A stretch of DNA of 64,000 nt from Myxococcota bacterium (GTDB taxonomy: Bacteria > Myxococcota > B64-G9), in the NCBI GenBank assembly GCA_035453905.1, contig DAOTDZ010000014.1:86452-150451 (forward strand). The letters run 5' to 3'. The number at the start of each line of letters is the position of its first letter. The first letter of the stretch is position 1. This document shows positions 19,972-29,024 of the stretch, in pieces. Position numbers and translations under genes: made by a program. The notes under the pieces are model-generated. The model searched no databases. It was not told where the DNA came from and was given only the letters and a program-made list of their open reading frames with translations.

Positions 19972-21942
19972 ATGACTCCCAAGATCGGCGTCTATGTCTG
20001 TCACTGCGGCACCAACATCGCTGGCAAGGTGGACGTGAAGGCCACGGCCGAGACCGCCAAGAAGCTGCCCGGTGTGGTGGTCAGCCGCGACTACATGTTC
20101 ATGTGCTCCGAGCCCGGGCAGGAGCTGATCCAGAAGGACATCCGAGAGCACAACCTGGACCGGGTGGTGGTATGCGCCTGCTCGCCGCTGATGCACGAGA
20201 AGACCTTCCGCCGGGCCTGCTCGCGGGCCGGGCTCAACCAGTACCTGATGCAGATGGTCAACATCCGCGAGCAGTGCTCCTGGGTGACCGAGGACAAGGT
20301 CCAGGCCACCGACAAGGCCCAGGCGCTGGTCGCCGGCGGCGTGGGCAAGGCCTGCTTCCTGCGCCCGATCAACGAGCGCGAGGTGTCGGTCAGCCAGAAC
20401 GTGCTGGTGGTCGGAGGCGGCATCGCCGGGATCCAGGCCGCCCTGCAGTGCGCGGACGCCGGATTTCACGTCTACCTGGTGGAGCGGAAGCAGTCGATCG
20501 GCGGCCACATGGCCATGTTCGACAAGACCTTCCCGACCCTGGACTGCGCGGCCTGCATCCTGACCCCCAAGATGGTCACCGTGGGGCAGCACCCCAACAT
20601 CACCCTGATGATCAACTCGGAGGTGGCCGAGGTGGGCGGCTACGTCGGCAACCTCAAGGTCAAGGTGCGCCGCAAGGCCAGCTACGTCGACCACTCCAAG
20701 TGCAACGGCTGCGGCATCTGCATGGAGAAGTGCCCGGGCAAGGCGACCAACGAGTTCGAGCAGGGCCACGGCAACCGCAAGGCCATCTACACCATGTTCC
20801 CCCAGGCCGTGCCCAACAAGCCCATCATCGACAAGGCGGCCTGCCGCTACTTCACCACCGGCAAGTGCGGCGTGTGCGAGAAGTTCTGCAAGAACAACGC
20901 GATCGACTTCAAGCAGGAGGAGCGGCTGGAGGAGATCGAGGTCGGGGCGGTGGTGCTGGCCACCGGCCACCAGGTGTACGACGGGGCCAAGGTCACCCGC
21001 TACGGCCTCGGCAAGCTGCCCAACGTGATCTCGGCCCTCGAGTTCGAGCGCATGGTGAACGCCGGTGGCTTCACCAAGGGAGAGATCAAGCTGGCCGACG
21101 GCAGCCACCCCAAGGCCGTGGGCATCATCCACTGCACCGGCAGCCGCGACTCCAACCACATGGTGCACTGCTCCTCGGTCTGCTGCATGTACTCGATGAA
21201 GTTCGCCCACCTGATCCGCGAGCACTCCGGCGCCGAGGTGTACAACTTCTACATCGATCTGCGCTGCGTGGGTAAGGGCTACGAGGAGTTCTACAACCGC
21301 ATGCTCGAGGAGGGGGTGCACTTCATCCGCGGCAAGGTGGCCGAGGTCTCGAACGACGCCCGCGACCCGAGCGAGGAGGGCAAGCTCATCGCCCGGGTGG
21401 AGGACACCCTGGCCGGGGTGGTGCGGCGCATCCCGCTGGACATGGTCATCCTGGCCAACGGGATCAGCGCCCAGCCCGACGCGGACGACGTGGGCCGCCT
21501 GTTCGGCGTCTCGCGCAACGCCGGCGGCTTCTTCATCGAGCAGCACCCCAAGCTGAACCCGTTCGGCACCCCCAACGGCAGCGTGTTCATCGCCGGCACC
21601 TGCGCCGGGCCCAAGGACATCCCCAACGCGGTGTCCCAGGGCGCCGCGGCCGCGGCCGGCGCCATGACCGTGCTCCGGCAGGGCAAGGTGCTGCTCGAGT
21701 CCACCGCGGCCCGGGTGAACACCGACCTGTGCTCGGGCTGCCGCACCTGCCTGGACATCTGCCCCTACCGCGCCATCTCCTTCGACGAGGAGCTGAAGCA
21801 GGCGCGGGTGGACGAGACCATGTGCCGCGGCTGCGGCACCTGCGTGGCGGCCTGCCCCTCGGGCGCCATCGAGGGCCGGCACTTCACCGACGAGCAAATC
21901 GCCTCCGAGATCGAGGGCTTGATGCGCACGCTGGGGGCCTGA
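19972..21942 (+). CDS. hdrA: Heterodisulfide reductase subunit A-like FAD / iron-sulfur flavoprotein
   Basis: An N-terminal Cys cluster CHCG precedes the FAD Rossmann motif VLVVGGGIAGIQAA. There is an inserted di-cluster ferredoxin domain with CNGCGICMEKCP and CGVCEKFCKNNA. The C-terminus has CSGCRTCLDICP and CRGCGTCVAACP. The protein is 656 aa, typical of full-length HdrA. Confidence 0.9.
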   Translation: MTPKIGVYVCHCGTNIAGKVDVKATAETAKKLPGVVVSRDYMFMCSEPGQELIQKDIREHNLDRVVVCACSPLMHEKTFRRACSRAGLNQYLMQMVNIREQCSWVTEDKVQATDKAQALVAGGVGKACFLRPINEREVSVSQNVLVVGGGIAGIQAALQCADAGFHVYLVERKQSIGGHMAMFDKTFPTLDCAACILTPKMVTVGQHPNITLMINSEVAEVGGYVGNLKVKVRRKASYVDHSKCNGCGICMEKCPGKATNEFEQGHGNRKAIYTMFPQAVPNKPIIDKAACRYFTTGKCGVCEKFCKNNAIDFKQEERLEEIEVGAVVLATGHQVYDGAKVTRYGLGKLPNVISALEFERMVNAGGFTKGEIKLADGSHPKAVGIIHCTGSRDSNHMVHCSSVCCMYSMKFAHLIREHSGAEVYNFYIDLRCVGKGYEEFYNRMLEEGVHFIRGKVAEVSNDARDPSEEGKLIARVEDTLAGVVRRIPLDMVILANGISAQPDADDVGRLFGVSRNAGGFFIEQHPKLNPFGTPNGSVFIAGTCAGPKDIPNAVSQGAAAAAGAMTVLRQGKVLLESTAARVNTDLCSGCRTCLDICPYRAISFDEELKQARVDETMCRGCGTCVAACPSGAIEGRHFTDEQIASEIEGLMRTLGA

Positions 21943-22070
21943 GCCCCGCACCGGCCCGGCCCGGGTCGAGCGCTCGCTCTCCGGCACCCCGGCCTGGGCG
22001 CGCTGCCCGGGGTGGCAAATCTCCGCCTGGCGGGTTAAGGTCCTGCAGGGGAGGAGAGAGGGCGCCCGAC

Positions 22071-24719
22071 ATGCTCGCTTCCAGGTTGACGACCCTCCTG
22101 GGGATCCTCGGAGTCGCCGCGAGCCTGGGCAGCTGCGGCCCCGAGGGCCCCACCCTCCACGAGCGGCTGGGCCCGCTCCGGCCCGCGCAGCTCGACCGCC
22201 AGGGCCGGCCCATCCTGCCCATCTGGGCCACCGAGCAGGAGCGCCTGGCCGCGCTGCGCGCCGCCCCGCCGCCCGCCGATGATCTCAAGGCCGCGCCCGC
22301 CGCGGGCTACCGGGTGCCGGCGGAGTACGAGCCGACGCAGGCCGTGGTCATGACCTACACCTCCTACGACTACCTGCTGGACGAGATCGCGCCCTACGTG
22401 GCCTCGGCCGGGGCCGAGGTCTGGATGGTGGGCGGTCCGGCCAGCATGTCCGGCGTGCCAGCCGCCCAGTACCGCCGGCTCGCCTGGCCCTACGACTCGG
22501 TCTGGTCGCGGGACTACGGCCCGGTCGGCATCGACGAGGCCAGCCACACGCTCGGCATCGTGGATCCCACCTACCGCCACTACGCCAGCCGGCCGGACGA
22601 CGACGACATCCCCTGCCGGGTGGCCGTGGAGGCGGGCGCCGCCTGCCACACGACCACGCTCATCCTGGACGGCGGCAACTACATGACCGACGGCCGGGGC
22701 TCGGTCTTCCTGACCCGGCGCATCTACGACTGGAACAGCCAGCTCAGCGAGGCCCAGGTGAACCAGCTGCTGCGGGACTACCTGGGCGCCCAGAGCCTGC
22801 ACGTCTTCGACTACGCCGTGGACGAGTACGGCGATCCGGCCGACGGCACCGGGCACATCGACATGTTCGCCAAGCTGCTGCCCGGTTGCGTGGTGCTGGT
22901 GGTCGACACGGACGACGCGCCCTTCGCCGCGGTGTGCGACGCCGCGGCCGCGACCTTCGCCGGCCTCGAGTGCGTGCCCGGCCAGAACTACCAGGTCCTG
23001 CGCGTGCCGGGCTGGTACCAGTCGGACGGCTGGTGGGGGGTCTGGTACACGTACACGAACTCGCTCATCATCAACGACACCGTCCTGGTCCCGTCCTACT
23101 CGGGCGGCCAGGACGCAGCGGCTCGCGCCGTCTACCAGCAGGCCCTGCCGGGCTACACCGTCGCGCTGCTCAACACCGACGAGCCCATCCTGAGCGGCGG
23201 CTCCATCCACTGCATCACCAAGGAGATCCCGTTCATCGAGGACCTGGGCTGCGCCACGCCGGCCGACTGCGATCTGCCCCAGGTCGACCAGCACGCCTGC
23301 ACGGCCGGGGTGTGCGGCATCGTCAGCTGCGACCCGGGCTACGGCGACTGCGACGGCGCGGCGGACGACGGCTGCGAGCAGGACCTGTGGCAGGTCGCCG
23401 CCTGCGGCACGAGCTGCGCCCGGCTGGTGAACTGCCCGAGCGAGCTGCAGCACGCCGCGGGCGAGGGCTGCGCGGCCGGCGCCTGCGACTACGCCAGCTG
23501 CGACGCGGGCTACGGCGACTGCGACGGGGAGCGCGAGGACGGCTGCGAGGCGAACCTGTGGCAGCCCGGGGCCTGCGGCACGACCTGCGCCCAGCGGGTC
23601 GACTGCGCGGCCCTGGTGCAGCACGCCACCGGGCTCGCCTGCGCGGCGGGAGCCTGCGACTACGGGGCCTGCGCCGCGCTGTACGGCGACTGCGACGGCG
23701 ACCGGACCAACGGCTGCGAGCTGGATCTCCGCCTGGACGAGGCGCACTGCGGCGGCTGCCTGACGAGCTGCGCGGACGGCGAGGTGTGCGAGGGCGGCCT
23801 GTGCGAGGTCCCGGCCTGCCCCGCGGGCCTCGCGGACTGCGACGGCCAGCCGGGCGACGGCTGCGAGGTCCAGCTCGGCACCGACGCGGACTGCGCCGGC
23901 TGCGGGGACGACTGCCGGGATCGGTTCGCCCACGCCACCGGCGCGTGCGTCCAGGGCGCCTGCGCGCTGGGCCCGTGCGCGGCCGGCTACGGCGACTGCG
24001 ACGGGAGCGCGGCGGACGGCTGCGAGAGCGAGCACGCCACGGACGAGGCCCACTGCGGCGACTGTCAGACCGCCTGCGCGGCGGGCCAGACCTGCGAGGG
24101 CGGCCTGTGCCGCGACGAGCCCTGCCCCGCGGGTCTCGAGGACTGCGATGGCCAGCCGGGCAACGGCTGCGAGGTCCAGCTCGGCACCGACGCGGACTGC
24201 GCCGGCTGCGGGGACGACTGCCGGGGCCTCTTTCCCCACGGGCAGGGCGCCTGCCTGGCCGGCGCCTGCGCGCTGAGCGCCTGCGAGCCGGGCTTCGCCG
24301 ACTGCGACCTCGAACCGGCCTCGGGCTGCGAGCGCTCGCTCGCCGAGGCCGGCACCTGCGGGGCCTGCAACCGCGCCTGCGCCGCGGGGGAGAGCTGCGT
24401 GCGCTCGGGCGCGAGCTGGACCTGCCAGGGCGGCTGCGCCGACGGCGACGGCGACGGGTTCGCCGACCAGGCCTGCGGCGGTGCCGACTGCAACGACCTG
24501 GCGCCCGGCGTGAACCCGGACGCCGCGGAGCAGTGCAACCTGGCCGACGACGACTGCGACGGGCAGACGGACGAGGACGGGGTGTGCGACCGCCAGCCGG
24601 ACGATGCCAGCGGCTGCGGCTGCGCGGCGTCGGGCGAAGGCGGTCCGGGCGCGGAGCTCGGCCTGCTGCTGCTCGTCGGCCTGGCGGCCGTGGGCCGGCG
24701 GCGGACGGGAGAGAGCTGA
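22071..24719 (+). CDS. Agmatine deiminase / Porphyromonas-type peptidyl-arginine deiminase family enzyme fused to Cys-rich repeats, with a MYXO-CTERM sorting signal
   Basis: RBS GGGAGGAGAGAGG precedes the ATG. The lipoprotein signal is VAASLGSCG. The deiminase fold is marked by WSRDYGP, LDGGNYMTDGRG, TGHIDMFAKLLP and a catalytic Cys in GGSIHCITKEIP. About six repeats of CG(T/D)xCxxxVxC...GxCDYxxCxxGYGDCDGxxxDGCE follow. The C-terminus GCGCAASGEGGPGAELGLLLLVGLAAVGRRRTGES is a MYXO-CTERM tail. Confidence 0.8.
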   Translation: MLASRLTTLLGILGVAASLGSCGPEGPTLHERLGPLRPAQLDRQGRPILPIWATEQERLAALRAAPPPADDLKAAPAAGYRVPAEYEPTQAVVMTYTSYDYLLDEIAPYVASAGAEVWMVGGPASMSGVPAAQYRRLAWPYDSVWSRDYGPVGIDEASHTLGIVDPTYRHYASRPDDDDIPCRVAVEAGAACHTTTLILDGGNYMTDGRGSVFLTRRIYDWNSQLSEAQVNQLLRDYLGAQSLHVFDYAVDEYGDPADGTGHIDMFAKLLPGCVVLVVDTDDAPFAAVCDAAAATFAGLECVPGQNYQVLRVPGWYQSDGWWGVWYTYTNSLIINDTVLVPSYSGGQDAAARAVYQQALPGYTVALLNTDEPILSGGSIHCITKEIPFIEDLGCATPADCDLPQVDQHACTAGVCGIVSCDPGYGDCDGAADDGCEQDLWQVAACGTSCARLVNCPSELQHAAGEGCAAGACDYASCDAGYGDCDGEREDGCEANLWQPGACGTTCAQRVDCAALVQHATGLACAAGACDYGACAALYGDCDGDRTNGCELDLRLDEAHCGGCLTSCADGEVCEGGLCEVPACPAGLADCDGQPGDGCEVQLGTDADCAGCGDDCRDRFAHATGACVQGACALGPCAAGYGDCDGSAADGCESEHATDEAHCGDCQTACAAGQTCEGGLCRDEPCPAGLEDCDGQPGNGCEVQLGTDADCAGCGDDCRGLFPHGQGACLAGACALSACEPGFADCDLEPASGCERSLAEAGTCGACNRACAAGESCVRSGASWTCQGGCADGDGDGFADQACGGADCNDLAPGVNPDAAEQCNLADDDCDGQTDEDGVCDRQPDDASGCGCAASGEGGPGAELGLLLLVGLAAVGRRRTGES

Positions 24720-24791
24720 CGGAGCGGACCTGGCCCTTTGTTGCCAGCGCGGGCGGAATACCACAGAATGGGTCAGCCTCGGGAGGTGCGC

Positions 24792-25997
24792 ATGGGCCGC
24801 AGCGCGTGGGGTGTGCTCGTCCTGGTGCTGGGCGCCTGGCTGACGCTGGCGGGGAATCCTGGCCTGGCACGGGCGGACGGCATGTCCTTCAGGCTGATCG
24901 GCGGCGACGCCGACGTGCGGGCCACGGCCCAGCGGGCCGTCCTGTGGCAACGCGGCGGGACCTGGGAGCTGCACCTGCAGCCGGTCTTCGCGCGCGGGCA
25001 GGGCGCGGCCGCCTGGGTGGTGCCGTTCCCGGTGCGACCCACCGTGTCGGCGGGCAACCCGGACTTCCTCGACCAGCTCGAGGTGGCCACCTCGCCGGTC
25101 TTCCTGCGGGTGTGCGCCGAGGGCGGCGGCTCCTCCTGCTTCGGCTGCATGGACGCGGCCGGGGTCGGGGACGGGGAGGTGCTGGACGGCAGCTCCTTCG
25201 TGCGGGTCTGGGAGCGGGGCCAGGTGGGCGGGCTGGACTACGCGATCCTCTCGGCCCAGGACGGGGACGACCTGGTGGCCTGGCTGGACGCCGAGGGCTT
25301 CGAGGTGCCGGCCGCGGCCGCGGAGCTGCTCGCGGACCTGGAGCTGGAGGGCACCTTCTTCTTCGCCGCGCGGCTGGGGGCCACCCTCGACCCCAGCCTG
25401 CCGCTCGCGCCGGTGCGCTTCGAGCTGCCCGGGCTCGACCCGCCCAGCTACCCGCTGCGGCTGACCGCGGCGGCGGTGCCGGCGGGGCAGAGCCTGGATC
25501 TGACCCTGTGGGTGATCTTCCCGAACAACGAAGGCTGGGTGCCGGACGGCCGCGAGGTGCGGCAGCCCTCCCGGGAGCTCGCGGACCGGGCGGCCCTGGA
25601 CGGGGCCCTGGAGGAGCTCTTCGCCGCCGCTCCGGACGCGCTGGTCTTGCTGCACAGCGCGACCCTGGACGAGACTGGCGCCCTCGAGGGCCAGGTGTGC
25701 GAATGGATGCTGCCGTGCGTGGGCTACGCGGAGGTCGGGCTGGAGGCGCCCGCGGCCTGGGCGCCCGAGATGGAGTACCTCCGGAGCCCGCCCTACCTCG
25801 TGGACCGCTACCAGGCCCGGCTGGGGGCGGGCGGCCTGGAGGCAGACCTGCGTTTCCGGCCGCTCGCAGAGAACGAGTACCTCGGGCGGGTCACCCGCGT
25901 GTACACCCGCTTCACCTGCCGCCAGGAGGGCTCGGCCGGCGCCTGGGTGGCGTTGCTGGCGGCGGGCGTGGCGCTCCGCCTGCGCCGGCGGGCGTGA
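24792..25997 (+). CDS. DUF2330-family secreted protein with a C-terminal TM + Arg-rich anchor (paralog 1)
   Basis: GGGAGG precedes ATG 24792. The signal peptide is GVLVLVLGAWLTLAGNPGLARA. The protein is colinear with the next gene: RAVLW, WELHLQPVF, AAWVVPFPVRP and GNPDFLDQLE. The C-terminus is AWVALLAAGVALRLRRRA. Confidence 0.6.
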   Translation: MGRSAWGVLVLVLGAWLTLAGNPGLARADGMSFRLIGGDADVRATAQRAVLWQRGGTWELHLQPVFARGQGAAAWVVPFPVRPTVSAGNPDFLDQLEVATSPVFLRVCAEGGGSSCFGCMDAAGVGDGEVLDGSSFVRVWERGQVGGLDYAILSAQDGDDLVAWLDAEGFEVPAAAAELLADLELEGTFFFAARLGATLDPSLPLAPVRFELPGLDPPSYPLRLTAAAVPAGQSLDLTLWVIFPNNEGWVPDGREVRQPSRELADRAALDGALEELFAAAPDALVLLHSATLDETGALEGQVCEWMLPCVGYAEVGLEAPAAWAPEMEYLRSPPYLVDRYQARLGAGGLEADLRFRPLAENEYLGRVTRVYTRFTCRQEGSAGAWVALLAAGVALRLRRRA

Positions 25998-26016
25998 CCG
26001 GGTCGGGGAGGCTCGC

Positions 26017-27210
26017 GTGGATCGGCCGGCGTCTCTCGCGCTGCTCGTCGCCCTGCTCGGGGCCGGGTCCGTGGCCCGGGCCGACGGGCTGGCGTTCCGG
26101 GTGGAGGGCGGCCAGGCCGAGGTGCGGCCCACGGCCCAGCGGGCGGTCCTGTGGCTGCGGCGCGGGGTGTGGGAGCTCCACCTGCAGCCCGTGTTCGAGC
26201 GGGAGGCGGGCCGGGCGGCCTGGGTGGTGCCCTTCGCGGTGCGGCCCGAGGTGAGCCTGGGGAACCCCGACTTCCTCGACCAGCTCGAGCTGCTGACCGC
26301 GCCCGTGTTCCTCGAGGTGTGCCGGCCGGAGGAGGAGTCCTGCTTCGGCCAGGGCGGGAGCTCGGACACCGCCGGGGAGGTCCGCGCCGGGACGGCCGCG
26401 CCGGAGGTGTGGGAGCGCGGCCAGGTCGGGACGCTCGACTACGTGATCCTGTCCGCCAGGGACGGAGACGATCTCCTGGCCTGGCTGCGGGCCGAGGGGT
26501 ACGCGGTGCCGAACACCGCCATCATCCCCGTGAGGGTCCTGGCCCGGGAGGGCGCCTTCTTCTTCGCCGCCCGGCTGTCCGCCGGCGTCGATCCGGACCT
26601 GCCGCTGCCGAGCCTGCGTTTCCTGCTGCCCGGCCTGCAGAACCCCGCCTACCCGCTGCGCCTGACGGCAGCCGGGGTCCCGGCCGGCGAGCACCTCGAC
26701 CTCAGCCTGTGGGTGATCACCCCGCTGGGACAGGACTGGCTGCCCGCGGAGCGCCGCGTCGCCTCGCCGCCACCCGCGCTGGACGATGCGGCGGCCCTCG
26801 ACGCGGCCCTGGGGGACATCTACCTGGAGGACCCGGACGGCCTGGCGCTGCTCTACAGCGCTTCGCCGCGGGAGACCGGCGGCTTCGACGGCCAGGTGTG
26901 CGGCTGGCAGTACGGCTGCGTGGACTTCGCGGCGCTGGGCCTGGCGCGGCCCGACGCCTGGTGCCCGGAGCTGCAGCTCGTGCGGGACGACGCCGCCTGG
27001 GTGCAGCGGTTCCAGGCGCGCCTGCACGCGACCGGGCTGACCACGGACCTGCGCCTGCGGCCCCGGGCGGCGACCGAGTACCTCGACCGCGTGGAGCGCG
27101 TCTACCTGCGCTGGGTGTGCCGCGACGCCCAGGCCACGTCCGGCTGGTGGGTCCTGCTGGCCCTGGGGCTGGGGCTCGGGCTGCGGCGGCGCCGGCGCGC
27201 TGGCCCTTGA
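26017..27210 (+). CDS. DUF2330-family secreted protein with a C-terminal TM + Arg-rich anchor (paralog 2)
   Basis: GTG start. About 55 % identity to the preceding gene over the full length. The C-terminus is GWWVLLALGLGLGLRRRRRAGP. Confidence 0.6.
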   Translation: MDRPASLALLVALLGAGSVARADGLAFRVEGGQAEVRPTAQRAVLWLRRGVWELHLQPVFEREAGRAAWVVPFAVRPEVSLGNPDFLDQLELLTAPVFLEVCRPEEESCFGQGGSSDTAGEVRAGTAAPEVWERGQVGTLDYVILSARDGDDLLAWLRAEGYAVPNTAIIPVRVLAREGAFFFAARLSAGVDPDLPLPSLRFLLPGLQNPAYPLRLTAAGVPAGEHLDLSLWVITPLGQDWLPAERRVASPPPALDDAAALDAALGDIYLEDPDGLALLYSASPRETGGFDGQVCGWQYGCVDFAALGLARPDAWCPELQLVRDDAAWVQRFQARLHATGLTTDLRLRPRAATEYLDRVERVYLRWVCRDAQATSGWWVLLALGLGLGLRRRRRAGP

Positions 27211-27255
27211 TGCCGGGCGGGATTCGGGACACATTCGGGCAGGAGGAGCGCGGGC

Positions 27256-27915
27256 GTGGCGGCCCCCGAGCGCGACATGGCCGGGTTCATCCGCACCCAC
27301 ACCCGGGTGGGCTCGCCGCTCCTCTGCCCGGAGCTCAGGCTGCACCTCATCACCGCCGAGTGCCACCTGTGGCGGGCCGGCGAGGCCGAGGTGCAGGCGC
27401 TCGGCATCCCCGAGCCCTACTGGGCCTTCTGCTGGGCCGGCGGCCAGGCGCTGGCCCGGCACCTGCTCGATCACCCTCAGCTCGCCCGTGGGCGGCGGGT
27501 GCTGGACTTCGGGTCCGGCGGGGCGGTCGAGGGCATCGCCGCGGCCCGGGCCGGCGCCGCGTGCGTGCTGGCCGTGGACATCGACCCCTGGGCCGCCGAG
27601 GCCGCCCGGATGAACGCGGCCCTCAACGGCGTGGCGCTCTCGACCGCCACCCGTGATCCCATCGGGGAGGGCTGCGAGGAGCACGAGCTGGTGCTGGCCG
27701 GCGACGTGGCCTACGAGCCCGCCTTCGCCGGTCGGGTGCTGGCCTGGCTGCGCTCGCTGGCCGGGCAGGGCCGCGAGGTGCTGCTCGCGGATCCCGGGCG
27801 CGGGTACCTGGCGACCGCGGACCTCGAGGCGCTGGCCAACCTGCGCGCCCCGGCGGACGTGGACGACGACGCGAGGCACCTGCGGGAGACCACGGTCTAC
27901 CGCGTGAGGCCCTGA
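27256..27915 (+). CDS. Class I SAM-dependent methyltransferase (small-domain / PrmA-like)
   Basis: Motif I is VLDFGSGGAVEGIAAA. The acidic-loop motif LAVDIDP and motif LAGDVAYEP are present. Confidence 0.55.
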   Translation: MAAPERDMAGFIRTHTRVGSPLLCPELRLHLITAECHLWRAGEAEVQALGIPEPYWAFCWAGGQALARHLLDHPQLARGRRVLDFGSGGAVEGIAAARAGAACVLAVDIDPWAAEAARMNAALNGVALSTATRDPIGEGCEEHELVLAGDVAYEPAFAGRVLAWLRSLAGQGREVLLADPGRGYLATADLEALANLRAPADVDDDARHLRETTVYRVRP

Positions 27916-27921
27916 GGAGAG

Positions 27922-28971
27922 GTGACCCGCATGGCCCGGCCCGAGAACCCCGATCCCCTGGCGGCGCTGGCGCCCTGGGCGCTCTCGCCCCGCGCGGCCG
28001 CGCCGATCGTCGCCGGGCACATCAACCTGACCTTCCGAGTGGAGGCTGACCAGGGGCGCTTCGCCCTGCAGTGGGTCAACCCCATCTTCCGCCCGGAGGT
28101 GAACCAGGACATCGAGGCGCTCACCACCCACCTGGCCGGCCAGGGCCTGGTCACCCCGCGCCTGGTGCGCACCCGGGCAGGCGGGCTGTGGGCGCCCGGG
28201 CCGGACGGCGGCGTGTGGCGGGTCATGACCTGGATCGAGGGGGACCTGCTGCTCGAGGCGGACTCGCCCGCGCGGGCCGCGGCGGCCGGCGAGCTGCTCG
28301 GGCGCTTCCACGCCGCCCTGTGGGAGCACCCGCACCGCTTCCTGCACACCCGCCCGGGGGTGCACGACACCCCCGGACACCTGGCGCACCTGCGAGCGGC
28401 GCTCGCGGCCGGGCGCGGCCACCGGCTGCTCGACCAGGCCGCGCCGCTGGGCGAGGCGATCCTGGCCGCGGCCGGGCGCTGTCCGCTGCCGGCGGCCCTC
28501 CCGGCGCGCATCGTGCACGGCGACCCCAAGCTGTCCAACGTGGTGTTCGGCCCGGACGGCCGGGCCCTGGCGTGGATCGACCTCGACACCCTGGCGCGCA
28601 TGCCGCTCGCGCTCGAGCTCGGCGACGCCTTCCGCTCCTGGTGCAGCCCCCGGGGAGAGGAGGTCGAGGCGGCCTTCGCGCCCGAGTTCTTCGAGGCCGG
28701 CCTGGCGGGCTGGGCGCGGGCGGTCGGCGCGCGGCCGACCCCGGCTGAGCGGGAGGCCATCCCCGGCGCGGTGGAGCTCATCGCCCTGGAGCTCGCGGCG
28801 AGGTTCTGCGCCGACGCCCTGGAGGAGTCCTACTTCGGCTGGGATCGCGGCCGCTACCCGGGCGCCGGCGAGCACAACCTGGCGCGCGCCCGCGCGCAGC
28901 TCGCCCTGGCCCGGTCGGTGCGCGCGCAGCTCGCGGACCTGCACCGCGCGGCCGCGCGCCTGCTGGCTTGA
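27922..28971 (+). CDS. Phosphotransferase-enzyme-family (APH / homoserine-kinase-II-like) protein
   Basis: The catalytic loop HGDPKLSNVVF and the IDLDT motif are present. The N-terminal nucleotide-binding region is HINLTFRVE. Confidence 0.6.
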   Translation: MTRMARPENPDPLAALAPWALSPRAAAPIVAGHINLTFRVEADQGRFALQWVNPIFRPEVNQDIEALTTHLAGQGLVTPRLVRTRAGGLWAPGPDGGVWRVMTWIEGDLLLEADSPARAAAAGELLGRFHAALWEHPHRFLHTRPGVHDTPGHLAHLRAALAAGRGHRLLDQAAPLGEAILAAAGRCPLPAALPARIVHGDPKLSNVVFGPDGRALAWIDLDTLARMPLALELGDAFRSWCSPRGEEVEAAFAPEFFEAGLAGWARAVGARPTPAEREAIPGAVELIALELAARFCADALEESYFGWDRGRYPGAGEHNLARARAQLALARSVRAQLADLHRAAARLLA

Positions 28972-29024
28972 CAGACCGCCGCGGGCGGCCGGATGCTCGC
29001 GCGGGGGACGCGGAGGGACCGAGC

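Noticed and set aside
19837-21987. 716-aa minus-strand ORF
   Set aside because: It is antisense to hdrA, whose FAD and Fe-S motifs are clear on the plus strand.
22035-26369. 1444-aa minus-strand ORF and the 22886..26254 plus-strand alternative-frame ORF
   Set aside because: They overlap the deiminase and DUF2330 genes, which have clear motifs, RBSs and signal peptides. Their translations are Arg/Ala/Gly/Pro low-complexity.
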